A program made the position numbers and the translations under genes. This document shows, one piece after another, positions 62,559-64,000 of a stretch of 64,000 bases of DNA. This DNA comes from Entomortierella parvispora E1425 (taxonomy: Eukaryota > Fungi > Mortierellomycota), in assembly GCA_020891255.1 (NCBI GenBank), contig BQFW01000004.1, forward strand, positions 372,001 through 436,000, read 5' to 3'. Numbering within the stretch: position 1 is the stretch's first letter; every line of letters begins with the position of its first letter. The notes under the pieces are model-generated. The model searched no databases. It was not told where the DNA came from and saw nothing but the letters and a program-made list of their open reading frames with translations.

Positions 62559-62990
62559 TACTGAGGAGGTCGGCGGTTAGAAAAAAAATAAAAAAGGGAC
62601 GCGAGAGTTGTCGCGTCTTGAGGGCTGTTTCAATTGGAGGGAGGCTGTAGGGTTTTCGTTGGTTCTCAGGGAATAGGTCTATTGCTCCGTCTGCCCGAGA
62701 ATAGGGGTCAAGAGGTGGTTGATGGGTGTCTGACAGGGGAGGAAGGTGGATGCGGTTGAGATGGAGAGAATGAATGGAGGAGCAGAACGAGAAATGGAGT
62801 AGAAAAGAAAAAAAGAGAGAAAGAAGGACAAACGGAGGGTTCTTTTTCATCGCTAGAAAAACACGCAAGGCAGGGCTCCTAAATGGCGGCGTCTTTAAAT
62901 TTGCACTGCCTCTTTTGCCTTGCCCGAGACGCTGTTCGTTTTGCGTGTATATTAAGGTGTTTTTTAATAATCTATAGGATAGGTCGACTC

Positions 62991-64000
62991 TTACACGACC
63001 TTATACAAGACCATTGCTAGGGGTATCATCGCGTCCGCAGCAAAGACTCCATATTCCTCTCCAGCTGTCGATCCGTTTTGCTTGGCCTGATTTGGATTGC
63101 ATACTTCACGTCTAACCACATCCCAACCCTTTGGAGGTCGCTTCATCTTGTCTGAGCTGCTCGGGACATCGTAAACTCGTCCCAGTGCCGCAAAGGTCAA
63201 GATCACGCACTGGACTCTGTTCTCTGGATCGTATACTGGCTCCTTCTTGGATCCCGAGGTCAGTGCTCTCGTTGCCATCAATTGGTCGTGCGCCCTTGAC
63301 GAATTTGGTGAAAGGTAGACAAGTTTATCTCTATCAGGTCACCAAACAGTGGATATTAGCAATTGGCTCCTTGTGTGGTCTGGTCCTTTGGTAACAAAAC
63401 TTACTTTGAAAGAAGGTGTTCATATCCATCGTTAAAGATAAAACAGCTGTCACATTTGTCCTGCATGCAGTTTCGGTACATGCCTTCCAAGCCGAGCTTG
63501 CATCGGAGATCGGTAGCGTGCCAAAGTGGCCTGCACACACGCTTGTCCCAGCTCTGGCTTTCAAGGTACCGGTCAAAACTGGACGCCGTCAACGGGTGGA
63601 TGGGAATGAAATTCAAACACTGAACGCGGGGTCCTCGTTGATCCAGTTCATCTGGGATCCAGGTGGAGTAGAAGTAGTCCAGAATAGATCGCGTCAGAGG
63701 CGACTTTTGAGTCGTATCCAGAGGTAGCGTCATGGGCAAACGCGAGGCCAAGCAGTAAAGATGAATCGAGGGGCAAGTAGGCGCCAGTCTGGAAAGCTCT
63801 TGCCGTTGATGGGCCAGGATTTCTGGAGGAGGTCGTTGATTATAGGGCGACACAGTATGACACAGGAAACACTCGCATACTGATTCCGGAGGCAAGGACG
63901 AAGGCATGTCGACTTTGGGCTTGATTCTGCTTGGGCGGACAGGGGTCGCAAGGGCGAGTGGAGAGGTAGCCAGAGGTGAAGACCCTGCAGTCATCTTGCG
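62991..64000 (-). CDS. PARP-like ADP-ribosyltransferase-fold protein; intron 63404-63331; 5' end may lie beyond the window (in-frame ATG at 63994)
   Basis: Spliced LWHAT...CKLG...C...CDSC...K|DKLVYLSPNSSRA...VILTFAALGRV...PPKGWDVV...EEYGVFAADAMIPLAMVLY. The motif order matches the PARP catalytic fold. Confidence 0.7.

Overview
This is a gene-dense eukaryotic window with short GT-AG introns and CT-rich 5' regions. The gene style suggests an early-diverging fungus, probably Mortierellaceae; that assignment is inference. About 21 protein genes could be reconstructed by hand: eIF2B-delta, ESF1, RPS15, RRP1, an acidic Ala/Glu-rich protein, S1P lyase, LYRM5, a MOT1-type molybdate transporter, NPL4, USB1, RAD5, UTP18, two paralogous secreted/GPI proteins, MSS51, a divergent NADPH oxidase, a large coiled-coil protein, a single-pass membrane protein, peroxisomal thiolase, NHA1, an HSPA12-like Hsp70 and a PARP-like ADP-ribosyltransferase. 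There is also one tRNA-Gly(GCC). The strongest unexplained signal is a probable dicistronic Pol III unit: tRNA-Gly followed 16 nt later by a ~95-nt box C/D (k-turn) RNA with a UUCG hairpin, ending directly at a T8 terminator. A second is a five-copy palindromic repeat array at 18.6-19.7 kb with a 98-bp, 96/98-identical inverted core. A third is a nested structured element plus eight CUGGA motifs in the long first intron of RPS15. No transposase, CRISPR array or rRNA was recognised. Exon boundaries are manual and were not checked against transcripts.
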